64,000 nt of DNA, taken from assembly GCA_943350875.1 (NCBI GenBank), contig CALRAL010000002.1:68221-132220 (forward strand). Reading direction: 5' to 3'. The stretch is from Candidatus Nomurabacteria bacterium (GTDB taxonomy: Bacteria > Patescibacteriota > Minisyncoccia > Phycocordibacterales > UBA9973). Below, in pieces: positions 38,516 to 50,544 of this stretch. The position numbers were made by a program, and so were the translations under genes. The notes under the pieces are model-generated. The model was not told where the DNA came from and made no database searches. It worked only from the letters and a program-made list of their open reading frames with translations. Each line of letters opens with the position of its first letter. Position 1 is the stretch's first letter.

Positions 38516-39112
38516 ATGCAAAAAAAGTTTTTAAAAAATAAAAAGGATGGCTATACAATCATAGAAACTATGGTGGCTATTTCTGTATTTTTAATTGTTA
38601 TTACCATAGGTATGGGAGCACTTTTGAACACGAGTTCCTTGCATAATAAATCTAGCAATATGCGTTCTATTATGGATAGTTTGAGTTTCATGATGGATGA
38701 TATGTCGAAGAATTTAAGGACTGGATATAATTACCATTGCGGTAATGTGAGCGGTCCAAATTATCTTGCTCTAAATTGTAAAGATGGTAAAATGATTGTT
38801 TTTGAGTCTTCTAGCGGTAATCCAACAGATTCTACTGATCAATGGCTTTATTATATGATCAGTGGAAAAATATTAAAATCAACCAAAATAAGTGATCCTG
38901 ATACTTGGGTACAGTTAAATCCTAATGAAATAATTATTGATCTTGATAAATCTGGTTTTTTTGTCTTTGGTGCAGATGAATCACAGAGTGATGGTAAGCA
39001 ACCATTTGTAGTAATTCGATTATCCGGTACCATAAATTATAAAGGTGTTGGTACTCCTTTTTCTTTACAAACTTCAGTTTCACAGAGACAAAGAGATGTT
39101 TCTACCCCATAA
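38516..39112 (+). CDS. Minor pilin
   Basis: GYTIIETMVA N-terminus; LQTSVSQR near the end. Confidence 0.85.
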   Translation: MQKKFLKNKKDGYTIIETMVAISVFLIVITIGMGALLNTSSLHNKSSNMRSIMDSLSFMMDDMSKNLRTGYNYHCGNVSGPNYLALNCKDGKMIVFESSSGNPTDSTDQWLYYMISGKILKSTKISDPDTWVQLNPNEIIIDLDKSGFFVFGADESQSDGKQPFVVIRLSGTINYKGVGTPFSLQTSVSQRQRDVSTP

Positions 39113-39116
39113 AAAT

Positions 39117-39722
39117 ATGATTAAATTTGTTAAAAATAAAAAAGACTGGCAAGTCCTGAATTTATCTAAAGGATTTACTTTAATAGAGACACTTGTAGCT
39201 ATTTCTATTTTTTCTATTTCTATTTTGTCTATGATGTCTGTTTTATCCAGTGGTATTTCAAATACTGATTATGCCAAGAAGAAAATGATAGCCACCTATC
39301 TAGCTCAAGAGGGGATAGAATATATAAGAAATATGCGTGATACTTATGTGCTTTCTAGAACTACTAGCCAACAAGGCTGGATTGGTTTTCAATCCAAAAT
39401 TGATTTATCTTGCAAAAACAGTAATTTTTGTTATTTTGATGATGCTAAGTTTTTAACTTCAGGATTAATTTCAGATACAGATATATATAATTGTAATATC
39501 TTACCTGGTGGTCTGTGCATAAATTTATTTTATAATACTACTACAGGTCAATACGGTTATGATCAGATTAATGGAGTGGATTCTGGTTTTACTCGCTCAA
39601 TCAATGTAACTTTTCCTCTTGATGATAATGAAATAAAAGTTTATTCAAAAGTTTCATGGACCCAAGGTTCTGGTCCTCACAGCATCACTTTGACTGAGGA
39701 TTTATTTAATTGGGTAGAATAG
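39117..39722 (+). CDS. Minor pilin (PilV-like)
   Basis: GFTLIETLVA, LAQEGIEYIRNMRD. Confidence 0.85.
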   Translation: MIKFVKNKKDWQVLNLSKGFTLIETLVAISIFSISILSMMSVLSSGISNTDYAKKKMIATYLAQEGIEYIRNMRDTYVLSRTTSQQGWIGFQSKIDLSCKNSNFCYFDDAKFLTSGLISDTDIYNCNILPGGLCINLFYNTTTGQYGYDQINGVDSGFTRSINVTFPLDDNEIKVYSKVSWTQGSGPHSITLTEDLFNWVE

Positions 39723-39723
39723 A

Positions 39724-40215
39724 ATGATAAAAATTAAAAAACAAAAAAATAGAGCATTCGTGATACTTTTTGCTATGATGATTTCGAGTATCATTTTAAT
39801 GATAGCTTTGGGTATTACGAATATTGCAACCAAAGAAATAAAATTCAGTTCTTCGGCTAAAGACACAAATGATGCCTTTTTTGCTGCTGATACAGGTGCT
39901 GAATGTGCTTTGAGGAATGATAGGACAGATAATCCACTTGTTTCTTTTACTGAGGAAGGAATATATGTAAATTGTCTAGGAAATAATACTATTAATACTA
40001 CTTTTAATAATAATCCCAAGCCAAATTGGAATTTTACTGTTTCCGGATTAAGTTTTAATGAACGATGGTGTGCTAATGTAAAAGTGATTAAAGATAATAC
40101 TAATCCAAACAATATAATTACTACAATTGTTTCAAAAGGATATAACACTGGTGACCCTAGTGCTTGTGTTCAGACAGAAAATAGCGTAGAAAGACAGATT
40201 GAATTAAATTACTGA
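39724..40215 (+). CDS. Minor pilin (PilX-like)
   Basis: AFVILFAMM without E5, AFFAADTGAECA. Confidence 0.8.
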   Translation: MIKIKKQKNRAFVILFAMMISSIILMIALGITNIATKEIKFSSSAKDTNDAFFAADTGAECALRNDRTDNPLVSFTEEGIYVNCLGNNTINTTFNNNPKPNWNFTVSGLSFNERWCANVKVIKDNTNPNNIITTIVSKGYNTGDPSACVQTENSVERQIELNY

Positions 40216-42363
<2,148 letters not shown>

Positions 42364-42369
42364 ATTTTA

Positions 42370-42708
42370 TTAAGGAGTATAGTCTTTATTGAACAATTGT
42401 TCGTATAACCTCATCCATCTTACTCTTTTTTCTTCATTATGTTCACTCACTGCTTCCCCGCTTTTTGATTTAATATAATCATGTATTTCTTTTTCTGTTT
42501 TTAAAGTTTTTTCTATTTCTTTCACTTTCTCCATTATCCATAAAAAGATCTCTTTGTCTTTTGAAGCGTTTTGGTAAGAAAAAAAATTTTCTATATTCTG
42601 TTTTATTTCTTTCTCTGTATAATCTATTTTGTCTTGAATTCTTTTTATTGCGTCTGTCCAATCAAAAAATTTCTCGATATTTTTCTTTTGTTCTTCAAAA
42701 TTTCCCAT
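42370..42708 (-). CDS. Hypothetical protein
   Basis: 112-aa charged ORF filling the gap between ligA and the tRNA. Confidence 0.6.
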   Translation of the reverse strand: MGNFEEQKKNIEKFFDWTDAIKRIQDKIDYTEKEIKQNIENFFSYQNASKDKEIFLWIMEKVKEIEKTLKTEKEIHDYIKSKSGEAVSEHNEEKRVRWMRLYEQLFNKDYTP

Positions 42709-42766
42709 ATAACTTTATTTTAGCATGATTTTCTTTTTATCCAAAATAATGTAGATTTATAGATAG

Positions 42767-42853
42767 GGAACCGTCGCATAGTGGTCTAGTGCACCACCTT
42801 GGAAAGGTGGCAGGCTCGAAAGGGTCTCGAGAGTTCAAATCTCTCCGGTTCCG
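42767..42853 (+). tRNA. tRNA-Ser (anticodon GGA)
   Basis: GGAACCG/CGGTTCC acceptor, CCACC-TTGGAAA-GGTGG, long variable arm, GAGAG-TTCAAAT-CTCTC. Confidence 0.93.
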
Positions 42854-42924
42854 CAGAGTGAAGAAAATCATCTTTTATGATATAATAGGAACTGTCGTAT
42901 TTATAATAGTGAAATTATAAAAAA

Positions 42925-43512
42925 ATGAGTAAAAAATCAATTTGGATAATTATAATTGTGTTAATAGCCGGATTTTATGTTTATTTCTCTACTATAGCAG
43001 TACCAAAATCTCCTATACTCGGAGTAGGATTACCACCAATAGAACCAGTGTCAGGTACATTAACAACAAAAAAGACCATCTATGATGAAAAATTGGGTTA
43101 TAGTTTTGAGCAACCAAATGGCTGGGAATCAAATACTGCAGAAAGTGGATTCGCAGATAAAAACATTAAGAAAGTTGTTTCATTCACAAAAAATATATTA
43201 AAAAATGGATCACAGGTCTCAACTGATATAGAATTCAGGGTAAAATCAGCTAAAAATTTACAAGAAGTTAAAGATGGGATTAAAAAAGAAATAATAGGTT
43301 CTGGGTTATCTATTTCAAATGAAGTTGTACTTCTTAAAAATAAAATAAATGGATTTGATATTTTTTCAGGAACATCTGACTGGAAAATAAGATATGTAGC
43401 TTTCTTTTCAAATAAAATGGCTTACATATTTAAATATTCATCACAATATGAATTATATAAGACGAATGAAGAGACCTTTAACCAAATAAAAAATTCGCTC
43501 ACTATAAAATAG
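42925..43512 (+). CDS. Membrane-anchored exported protein (PsbP-like)
   Basis: N-terminal TM; GYSFEQPNGW, FNQIKNSL. Confidence 0.65.
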   Translation: MSKKSIWIIIIVLIAGFYVYFSTIAVPKSPILGVGLPPIEPVSGTLTTKKTIYDEKLGYSFEQPNGWESNTAESGFADKNIKKVVSFTKNILKNGSQVSTDIEFRVKSAKNLQEVKDGIKKEIIGSGLSISNEVVLLKNKINGFDIFSGTSDWKIRYVAFFSNKMAYIFKYSSQYELYKTNEETFNQIKNSLTIK

Positions 43513-43555
43513 ATTAAAACACATTTTATTTTAGGCTTTATGATAAAATATCATT

Positions 43556-46543
43556 ATGTCTAAAATGACTAAATTTGAGGAAGAATATGGGAAATTAAAC
43601 AATGCCCAGAAGGAGGCTGTGGAGGCCTTAGAGGGGCCTGTAATGGTCATAGCAGGGCCTGGGACCGGGAAAACACAAGTTTTAGCAGTTAGAATAGGCA
43701 ATATCTTGAATAAAACTGATACTCCTCCAGATGGCATTTTGTGTCTTACTTTTACGAATTCTGGAGTGAGCGAGATGCGAAAAAGATTACATAAGTATAT
43801 AGAAAGCACGGCTTCAAAAGTAAACATTTTTACTTTTCATAGTTTTGGGATGAAGATAATTGAAGAATTTTATGGGGTGCTTGATTTGGATGAGGCGCCA
43901 GTCTTGATGGATGATACTGATTCAGCGTTGCTTTGTGATGATATACTAGAGAATAATGATTGGAAATATATACGACCACATTCTGATTCTACAAAATATT
44001 TTAGAGATTTAAAGTCTTTGATATCTCTATTGAAAAGGGAAGGTCTAACTCCACAGGATTTCTTATCTGCCATAGAAAAAGATATTAAGAATTTAAGACA
44101 GTCTGAAGACAGCATTTCTACTAGGGGTGCGACAAAGGGTGAATTGAAAAAGGAAGTCGTGCAAAAAATTGATGGCTTGGAGAAGAGTAAGGAGGTGGTG
44201 AACTTCTTTGATCTTTACGAAAAAATAAAAAAAGAAAAGAGTGTCATTGATTATGACGATGTATTAGAGCTTGCTTTAAAAATAGCAGAAGAAGGCGAAG
44301 AAGCTTTGGCAAGTATCAGAGAGAAATATTTATATGTTCTCATAGACGAACATCAAGATTCAAATGGAGTGCAAAATGAATTTTTGAAAAAAGTCTGGAG
44401 TGATGTGGAGAAGCCAAACATTTTTGTGGTGGGAGATGACAGGCAACTCATCTATGGTTTCGGTGGGGCTTCACTTTCTTATTTTGAAGGATTTAAACAT
44501 GCTTTTGGTAAAGCAAAACTAATCACTCTTGTAGAGAATTATCGTTCTACTCAGAACATATTAGATTCATCACATTTACTTTTACAAAGTAAAATGAGCG
44601 AAGAGAAATTGATCAGTCACAGCAAAGAATCTCATCCTATGAGATTAGTTGAATGTGATTATCCCAGAGATGAGATACTAGCTTGCGCTCTAAATATAAA
44701 AGAAAAAATCAAGAAAAAAACTTTAGATATAAATGATTGTGCGATCCTTGTGCCTAAAAATAAACAAGTCAGAAGTACTATTGCGATACTGCATGACATG
44801 GGGCTACCAGTATCTTCGTATGGGACTTTGAGACTCTTCGATTTGCCTGAAACAGAATCTTTTTTAAGAGTTTTAAGAATAATAAATAATCCTAGCGACA
44901 GTGTTCTTTTGGCAGAATCTTTGTTCGATAAGTTATCAGGTATTAGCCCTATAGATGGGCACAAATTTATAGTAAACAATGGTGCAAAAGATTTCTCCCT
45001 TTTATCTTTGACTGGAAATAAGAAACCAGAATTATTTGAAGATAAAAATCCTGTGCAAATTTGGATAAATAAATTATGTATTTGGCTTGAAGAATCAAAG
45101 AATCTGAATGTTTATTCTTTAGTACAACTTATCGGAGAAGAGTTTTTATTAAATCAATCAAAAGACCACGAAGAACTTGTCTCTAATATAGAAGTTGTCC
45201 GTACGATACTACATCTATTACTTTCACAAATAGAGAAAAGCCCAAAGTTAACTCTAAAAAGATTTTTAGATTTTATTTTAAGAATGGAATCATATGATGA
45301 GAATATTTCACTCGCTACTTTTAACGCAGATGAAGGAGTAAAAGTTCTGACTTTGCATTCTTCAAAGGGGCTTGAATTTGATTTTGTGTGGATGGCACAT
45401 ATGGATGAGAAATCATTAATGTCTGGCAAAAGACAAGGTTTTACACTACCTTCAAATATTGAAATGCTTGTAGAAGAAAAAGATGAAGAGGTGGTCAAAA
45501 GGCAACTATACGTGGCTATTACTCGTGCTAAAAGGTTCTCTACTATTTCATATGCAAGTCATTCATACACTGGGAGAGAACAAGAACTGGCACATATCAT
45601 CTCAGATCTACCTGAAGAAATATTTGAAAAACAAACTTTATCCGAAACAGAAAAGATAATCTTAAAAAATAATCCAAAAACATACATCACAAGTGTAGCG
45701 TCAGAGAAAAATAGTGTTGATTTGAAAGAACTTGTAAAAATAGTCGCCAAAGAATATGAGAAAAGGAATGTATCTGTATCACTTCTAAATAACTTTTTTG
45801 AATGTCCTTGGAAATGGTATTTTAGGAATTTATTACGTTTACCAGAAGCCAAGACTGAGAGTCTGGAGTTTGGAAATGCTGTGCATGGATCTGTAGATAA
45901 AATTTTAAAAATGAATAAAGTTCCAAATGTTAAAGAACTTGAGAAAATAGTCTTAGAAGAAACAAGAAAGAGGAATTATGGTGATGAGAAAAAACAGGAC
46001 AAGATGTATAGGGAAGTTTTTGGGATGGTCTTACATTGGGTGGAGGATCGTTTACCTGATATATCAAAAGATAGAGAAAATGAAAAAAGTATTTCGGTTA
46101 AAGATGATAGATTTCCACATTTAAATATTTACGGGAAAATAGACCTCATTGAGATGCTTGATGCTAAAAATGTACGAGTGACTGATTTTAAAACTGGCAG
46201 TGTGAGAAAAAAGAGTGACATAGAAAAGATAAATGAAGAGGGTAGAATGAGCGATTATATGCGTCAGCTCTCCATGTATTCATATTTGTTAGGAGAGAAT
46301 TCAAAATGGAAAAAGGAGGTGGTAGAATCCCAGTTGGAATTCTTAGAAGCAAAAGATAAAAAAGAAGCTTTTTATAGGACTTTTATAAACAAAGAACATA
46401 TAGATTTACTTTTGAAAGATATCGCTGATTATGATAGTTTGGTAAAAGAAGGTAGGTGGATAGATAGACCTTGCAATTTCAAGTCTTTTGGCAAACAAAA
46501 TGCCATCTGTGAATATTGTAAAATGGCAGAGATTTACAAATGA
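43556..46543 (+). CDS. UvrD/PcrA-type helicase fused to a PD-(D/E)xK nuclease
   Basis: AGPGTGKT, IDEHQD, VGDDRQ, ENYRS, HSSKGLEF, YVAITRA; C-terminal GKIDLI..DFKTG with four Cys (CPW..C..CEYC). Confidence 0.93.
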   Translation: MSKMTKFEEEYGKLNNAQKEAVEALEGPVMVIAGPGTGKTQVLAVRIGNILNKTDTPPDGILCLTFTNSGVSEMRKRLHKYIESTASKVNIFTFHSFGMKIIEEFYGVLDLDEAPVLMDDTDSALLCDDILENNDWKYIRPHSDSTKYFRDLKSLISLLKREGLTPQDFLSAIEKDIKNLRQSEDSISTRGATKGELKKEVVQKIDGLEKSKEVVNFFDLYEKIKKEKSVIDYDDVLELALKIAEEGEEALASIREKYLYVLIDEHQDSNGVQNEFLKKVWSDVEKPNIFVVGDDRQLIYGFGGASLSYFEGFKHAFGKAKLITLVENYRSTQNILDSSHLLLQSKMSEEKLISHSKESHPMRLVECDYPRDEILACALNIKEKIKKKTLDINDCAILVPKNKQVRSTIAILHDMGLPVSSYGTLRLFDLPETESFLRVLRIINNPSDSVLLAESLFDKLSGISPIDGHKFIVNNGAKDFSLLSLTGNKKPELFEDKNPVQIWINKLCIWLEESKNLNVYSLVQLIGEEFLLNQSKDHEELVSNIEVVRTILHLLLSQIEKSPKLTLKRFLDFILRMESYDENISLATFNADEGVKVLTLHSSKGLEFDFVWMAHMDEKSLMSGKRQGFTLPSNIEMLVEEKDEEVVKRQLYVAITRAKRFSTISYASHSYTGREQELAHIISDLPEEIFEKQTLSETEKIILKNNPKTYITSVASEKNSVDLKELVKIVAKEYEKRNVSVSLLNNFFECPWKWYFRNLLRLPEAKTESLEFGNAVHGSVDKILKMNKVPNVKELEKIVLEETRKRNYGDEKKQDKMYREVFGMVLHWVEDRLPDISKDRENEKSISVKDDRFPHLNIYGKIDLIEMLDAKNVRVTDFKTGSVRKKSDIEKINEEGRMSDYMRQLSMYSYLLGENSKWKKEVVESQLEFLEAKDKKEAFYRTFINKEHIDLLLKDIADYDSLVKEGRWIDRPCNFKSFGKQNAICEYCKMAEIYK

Positions 46544-46561
46544 TTTTGAATATGCTATATT
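46533..46561 (+). promoter_or_regulatory. Promoter of the pro operon leader
   Basis: TTTACA-17-TATATT with extended TG. Confidence 0.6.
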
Positions 46562-46567
46562 GGAAAT

Positions 46568-46642
46568 ATGTTAATTGAGCGAAAAATCAATAGTTCTCCG
46601 GTACCTCCATCCAAAGGTTGGGTGGTTGGTTTTTGCGCTTAA
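46568..46642 (+). CDS. Putative pro operon leader peptide
   Basis: MLIERKINSSPVPPSKGWVVGFCA*, with three Pro codons within four positions. Confidence 0.65.
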   Translation: MLIERKINSSPVPPSKGWVVGFCA

Positions 46643-46699
46643 AAAATTCTCTTTATAAATATTAAAAGCAAACACAAGCCACTCAAAAAGTGGTTTTTT
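46607..46699 (+). promoter_or_regulatory. Transcription attenuator (1:2, 2:3 and 3:4 pairings)
   Basis: CCATCCAA/TTGGGTGG; TTGGGTGGTT..TTTGC/GCAAA..AGCCACTCAA; terminator AAGCCACT-CAAAA-AGTGGTTT plus T tract. Confidence 0.7.
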
Positions 46700-46731
46700 A
46701 TTTATTAATAATGTTTTACAAAGAATAATTT

Positions 46732-47511
46732 ATGAAGAATAATAAGAAAATGCGTTTAGTTATAAAAATAGGTACCCAAGTAATTTCTGGTAAAAATGGG
46801 TTGAATAAAAAAAGAATTAGACAAATTATTATAGAAGTTGCTGAGTTTTTTAAGCTCGGGTATGAGGTTATACTTGTAAGTTCAGGTGCTATTGCAACAG
46901 GTTTACCATTTATACACTTCAAAAGTAAGTTTCATAAGAAAATTGCCGCCGCTGTAGGTCAGCCTCTTTTGATGCATGCTTATACAAATGAAGCTAAAAA
47001 ACATAAAATTATTATTGGGCAAGTTCTCATATTGAGTGATGATTTTACTAATCGTAAAAACTTTAAGAATTTAATTCTGAATATAAATGATATGCTTTCT
47101 CATAAAGTTTTGCCAATTATTAATGAAAATGATGTTATGAAAAGGCAAGATTTGAGAATTAATGATAATGACACTTTGGGAGCCATGGTTGCTGTTGGTG
47201 TATCAGCAGATAAATTAATAATTCTCACTAATAAGGATGGACTCTATACAAAAAATCCTGATCATGATAAAGAAGCTGTGTTAATAAAAGAAGTTTCAAA
47301 AATAAATTCTGAAACCATGGCATTATGTGCTACTGGTAAGTCTGCTTTGGGAGTGGGTGGAATGTTGGCTAAAATCAAGGCAGCTAAGTATGCTACACAA
47401 AAAGGAGTGGAAACATTTATCGGTAATGGAAAGAAAAAAGGTATAATTATTGGAGCCTTGAATGAAAATTTTTCTGGTACAAGGTTTTTGGCAAAAAATA
47501 ATAACAAATAA
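46732..47511 (+). CDS. proB: Glutamate 5-kinase (no PUA domain)
   Basis: VIKIGT, VSSGAIATG, AAVGQP, PIINEND, DNDTL, GGMLAKI. Confidence 0.95.
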   Translation: MKNNKKMRLVIKIGTQVISGKNGLNKKRIRQIIIEVAEFFKLGYEVILVSSGAIATGLPFIHFKSKFHKKIAAAVGQPLLMHAYTNEAKKHKIIIGQVLILSDDFTNRKNFKNLILNINDMLSHKVLPIINENDVMKRQDLRINDNDTLGAMVAVGVSADKLIILTNKDGLYTKNPDHDKEAVLIKEVSKINSETMALCATGKSALGVGGMLAKIKAAKYATQKGVETFIGNGKKKGIIIGALNENFSGTRFLAKNNNK

Positions 47512-47512
47512 T

Positions 47513-48271
47513 ATGAAAACACAAATTACAATCATTGGTTTTGGTATAATGGGTAAAGCCATTGCTCAATCCCTATTAAGCTATAACAGTATAATTAAGA
47601 TTTTTATAGTTGATAGAAATAATTCAAATTTTGATATTACACAAAAGAATATTGAAAAATCTGATTTTATTATACTTGCTGTTAAGCCACAAGATGCAAA
47701 GGAGGCGATTCAAAAATTTAAGTTCTATTTTAAAAAACACACTATATTAATTTCAATCATGGCTGGTGTATCAATTAAAAAAATAGCTTTTCTTTCAGGC
47801 CATAAAAAAATATTAAGAATGATGCCTAATTTGGGACTCACAATTGGCGAGGGAATAGCCGCTTGGAAAGGATCAGGGTTATCCAAAGTAGAGATTAAAA
47901 AATCTAAAGATTTGATTAATAAAATCACTGATAATTTTGAAGTTAAAAATGAAGATGAGATAAATAAAATAACTGCTATCTCTGGGAGTGGACCCGCATA
48001 CTTTTTTTTGTTAGCAGATTCTTTAATAAAGGTATGTGAAAGTTTTGGATTTACTAAAGCTGAAAGTCTTAAACTTGTAGAAAAAACTTTCTCCGCTTCA
48101 GCTATTCTAGGGAAAGAAGATAACTATTCTGCTCTCATAAAAAAAGTTGCTTCTAAAAAAGGAACAACTGAAGCTGCTTTGAAAGTTTTTAAAAAAGAAA
48201 ATTTTAACAAAATTATATTAAAGGCCGTTCATGCAGCATATAAAAGAGCAAATGAAATAAACAATGAATAA
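47513..48271 (+). CDS. proC: Pyrroline-5-carboxylate reductase
   Basis: IIGFGIMG, LAVKPQ, ISIMAG, RMMPN, SGSGPAY, SKKGTTE. Confidence 0.95.
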   Translation: MKTQITIIGFGIMGKAIAQSLLSYNSIIKIFIVDRNNSNFDITQKNIEKSDFIILAVKPQDAKEAIQKFKFYFKKHTILISIMAGVSIKKIAFLSGHKKILRMMPNLGLTIGEGIAAWKGSGLSKVEIKKSKDLINKITDNFEVKNEDEINKITAISGSGPAYFFLLADSLIKVCESFGFTKAESLKLVEKTFSASAILGKEDNYSALIKKVASKKGTTEAALKVFKKENFNKIILKAVHAAYKRANEINNE

Positions 48272-49520
48272 AAATATATTAAAACAATTAAATAAAGCAA
48301 AAGAATCTTCAATATCCTTGGGTGTTTTATCGCATTCTAAAAGGATTTTAGTTTTAAAAAATATAATAAAAGGATTGGAAGCCAATAAAAAACAAATTAT
48401 TAGAGCTAATGCTAGAGATTTAAAGAACTTTTCAATAAACGATCCAATGCGTGATCGTGTTGTTTTAAATGATGTCCGTATTTCTAATATGGTAGAAGAA
48501 ATTAAAAATATAATAAAAATGCCGGACCCAATCGGCGAGATTTTTGATTGTCGGGATAGATTCGGATTAAAAATTTGTCGTAAAAGGGTACCGATAGGTG
48601 TCGTAGGTATTATTTATGAATCACGACCCAATGTGACGACAGATGTGACTTGTATATGTATAAAATCTGGTAATGCTGTAATACTCAAGGGTGGTAAAGA
48701 AGCCAGAGAGAGTTATATTATTCTTCATAAGATTATAAAGAATGCTTTTTTACTATCTGGTGTAAATTCTGAAGCAGTGCAATTTATTGATCCAAAAATA
48801 AAAGATTCTGTTTTGGATGTTATTACTGCTAATGGTTTAGTTGATGTAATTATTCCACGTGGAAGTTCACGTCTTATAAATTTTGTTAGAGAAAATGCCA
48901 CTGTACCAGTAATTGAAACTGGGGCTGGTGTTTGTCATATATTTATTGATGATTCTGCAAAGATAAATCTCTCGGCTGAAGTTATTTTCAATGCTAAAAC
49001 TCAAAGACCTAGTGTTTGTAATTCATTAGATACTTTGCTTATACATAGTAAAATAGCAGAAAAATTTCTTCCAATAGTTGCTGGACTTTTAGTCCAAAAA
49101 CAAGTGGAAATCTTTGCTGATTTAAAAAGTTTTCAAGTATTAAAAAATTTATATCCATTAAGTCTTTTGAAAAAAGTTAAAGCGACTGATTTTGGTCGAG
49201 AATTTTTAAGTCAGAAAATATCTATTAAAATTGTTTCTAATGTCAATGAAGCCATGAAACATATTAATAAGTATTCTTCAAAACATTCTGAAGCAATTCT
49301 TTCAGAAAATAAACAAAATTGTAAAAAGTTTTTAAGTGAAGTTGACTCTGCTGTAGTTTACGTAAATACTTCAACTCGTTTTTCTGATGGCGCTGTGTTT
49401 GGGTTAGGATCAGAGATTGGTGTTTCTACTTCCAAGTTACATGCTAGAGGTCCTATGGGTCCCAAAGAAATGACTACTTATAAATGGATAGTAACTGGTC
49501 AATACTCTATAAGGAGTTAA
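48264..49520 (+). CDS. proA: Gamma-glutamyl phosphate reductase
   Basis: GIIYESRPNVT, LKGGKEA, PRGS, GAGVCH, VCNSLD, HARGPMG. Confidence 0.96.
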   Translation: MNKNILKQLNKAKESSISLGVLSHSKRILVLKNIIKGLEANKKQIIRANARDLKNFSINDPMRDRVVLNDVRISNMVEEIKNIIKMPDPIGEIFDCRDRFGLKICRKRVPIGVVGIIYESRPNVTTDVTCICIKSGNAVILKGGKEARESYIILHKIIKNAFLLSGVNSEAVQFIDPKIKDSVLDVITANGLVDVIIPRGSSRLINFVRENATVPVIETGAGVCHIFIDDSAKINLSAEVIFNAKTQRPSVCNSLDTLLIHSKIAEKFLPIVAGLLVQKQVEIFADLKSFQVLKNLYPLSLLKKVKATDFGREFLSQKISIKIVSNVNEAMKHINKYSSKHSEAILSENKQNCKKFLSEVDSAVVYVNTSTRFSDGAVFGLGSEIGVSTSKLHARGPMGPKEMTTYKWIVTGQYSIRS

Positions 49521-49580
49521 ATATTTACTAGAATTATTCCACTCCTTGTAATTTTGTCTTTTTGTAGTTAATATGGATTT

Positions 49581-50540
49581 ATGGAAAATAGCGATTACAA
49601 AATAATACTTTTTTATAAATACATACACATAGATGACCCAGAAGAAGTAGCCAAGAAAGAGAGAGAAGTCTGCATACGTTTAGGGTTGAAAGGCAGGTGC
49701 ATCATAGCCTCTGAGGGGATAAATGCTACTTATGAGGGGACAGAAGAAAATATAAAAGAGTATGTAAAAAAACTAGAAAAAGATAAAAGATTCTTAAACA
49801 TTCATTTCAAATTAAGTGATGGCACAGGGAATGCTTTTCCGCGACTGTGTGTAAAAACAAGAAAAGAAATAGTGTCGCTACATCTTGGCACATGCGACAT
49901 AGATCCAAATCAAGTGACGGGGATACATCTGAAACCAGAAGAATTACATAGTTGGATAAAAGAAGACAGAGAATTTTATATAGTTGATATGCGTAATGCG
50001 TATGAGCACAAAGTCGGACATTTTGAGAATTCTATTTTGCCTCCGATTGAGAATTTTAGAGATTTGCCAAAAGTAGTGGAGCAGATTGCTCATTTGAAAA
50101 ATAAAACAGTGCTGACTGTGTGTACCGGAGGAGTGCGTTGCGAGAAGGCTTCTGGGTTTTTGATAACTCAAGACTTTACGGATGTGTATCAGCTTGATGG
50201 TGGGATAGTTTCTTATATGGAAAAATATCCGAATGAAGATTTCAATGGTAAGCTGTATGTTTTCGATGGACGAGTGACCATGGGCTTTTATACAGATGAT
50301 AAAAAGCATGTGATAGTAGGTGTTTGTGATTTTTGTAGGGAGCAATCAGAGAATTATGTAAATTGTGATAATCCCGTATGTCATAGGCACTTTATTGCTT
50401 GCGAGAATTGTGTTAAGAAAGATGGAGGAAAAATTTTTTGTAAAAATGGTTGTATATTATCAAGGCATGGGAGGCCTGTCCGCCAACCCGCTAGCGGGGG
50501 CGGAAAGATTAGCCCAGTTGAAGCGGATTTGATACAATAA
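49581..50540 (+). CDS. trhO: Rhodanese-family tRNA uridine(34) hydroxylase-like protein (UPF0176)
   Basis: LFYKY, EGINAT, DMRN.YE..GHF, CTGGVRCEK, QLDGGI, YVFDGR. Confidence 0.88.
   Translation: MENSDYKIILFYKYIHIDDPEEVAKKEREVCIRLGLKGRCIIASEGINATYEGTEENIKEYVKKLEKDKRFLNIHFKLSDGTGNAFPRLCVKTRKEIVSLHLGTCDIDPNQVTGIHLKPEELHSWIKEDREFYIVDMRNAYEHKVGHFENSILPPIENFRDLPKVVEQIAHLKNKTVLTVCTGGVRCEKASGFLITQDFTDVYQLDGGIVSYMEKYPNEDFNGKLYVFDGRVTMGFYTDDKKHVIVGVCDFCREQSENYVNCDNPVCHRHFIACENCVKKDGGKIFCKNGCILSRHGRPVRQPASGGGKISPVEADLIQ
50475..50504 (+). repeat. 30-nt palindromic element in the 3' end of the trhO-like gene
   Basis: CCTG-TCCGCC-AA-CCCGCTAGCGGG-GGCGGA; PVRQPASGGG. Confidence 0.65.
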
Positions 50541-50544
50541 AAAT

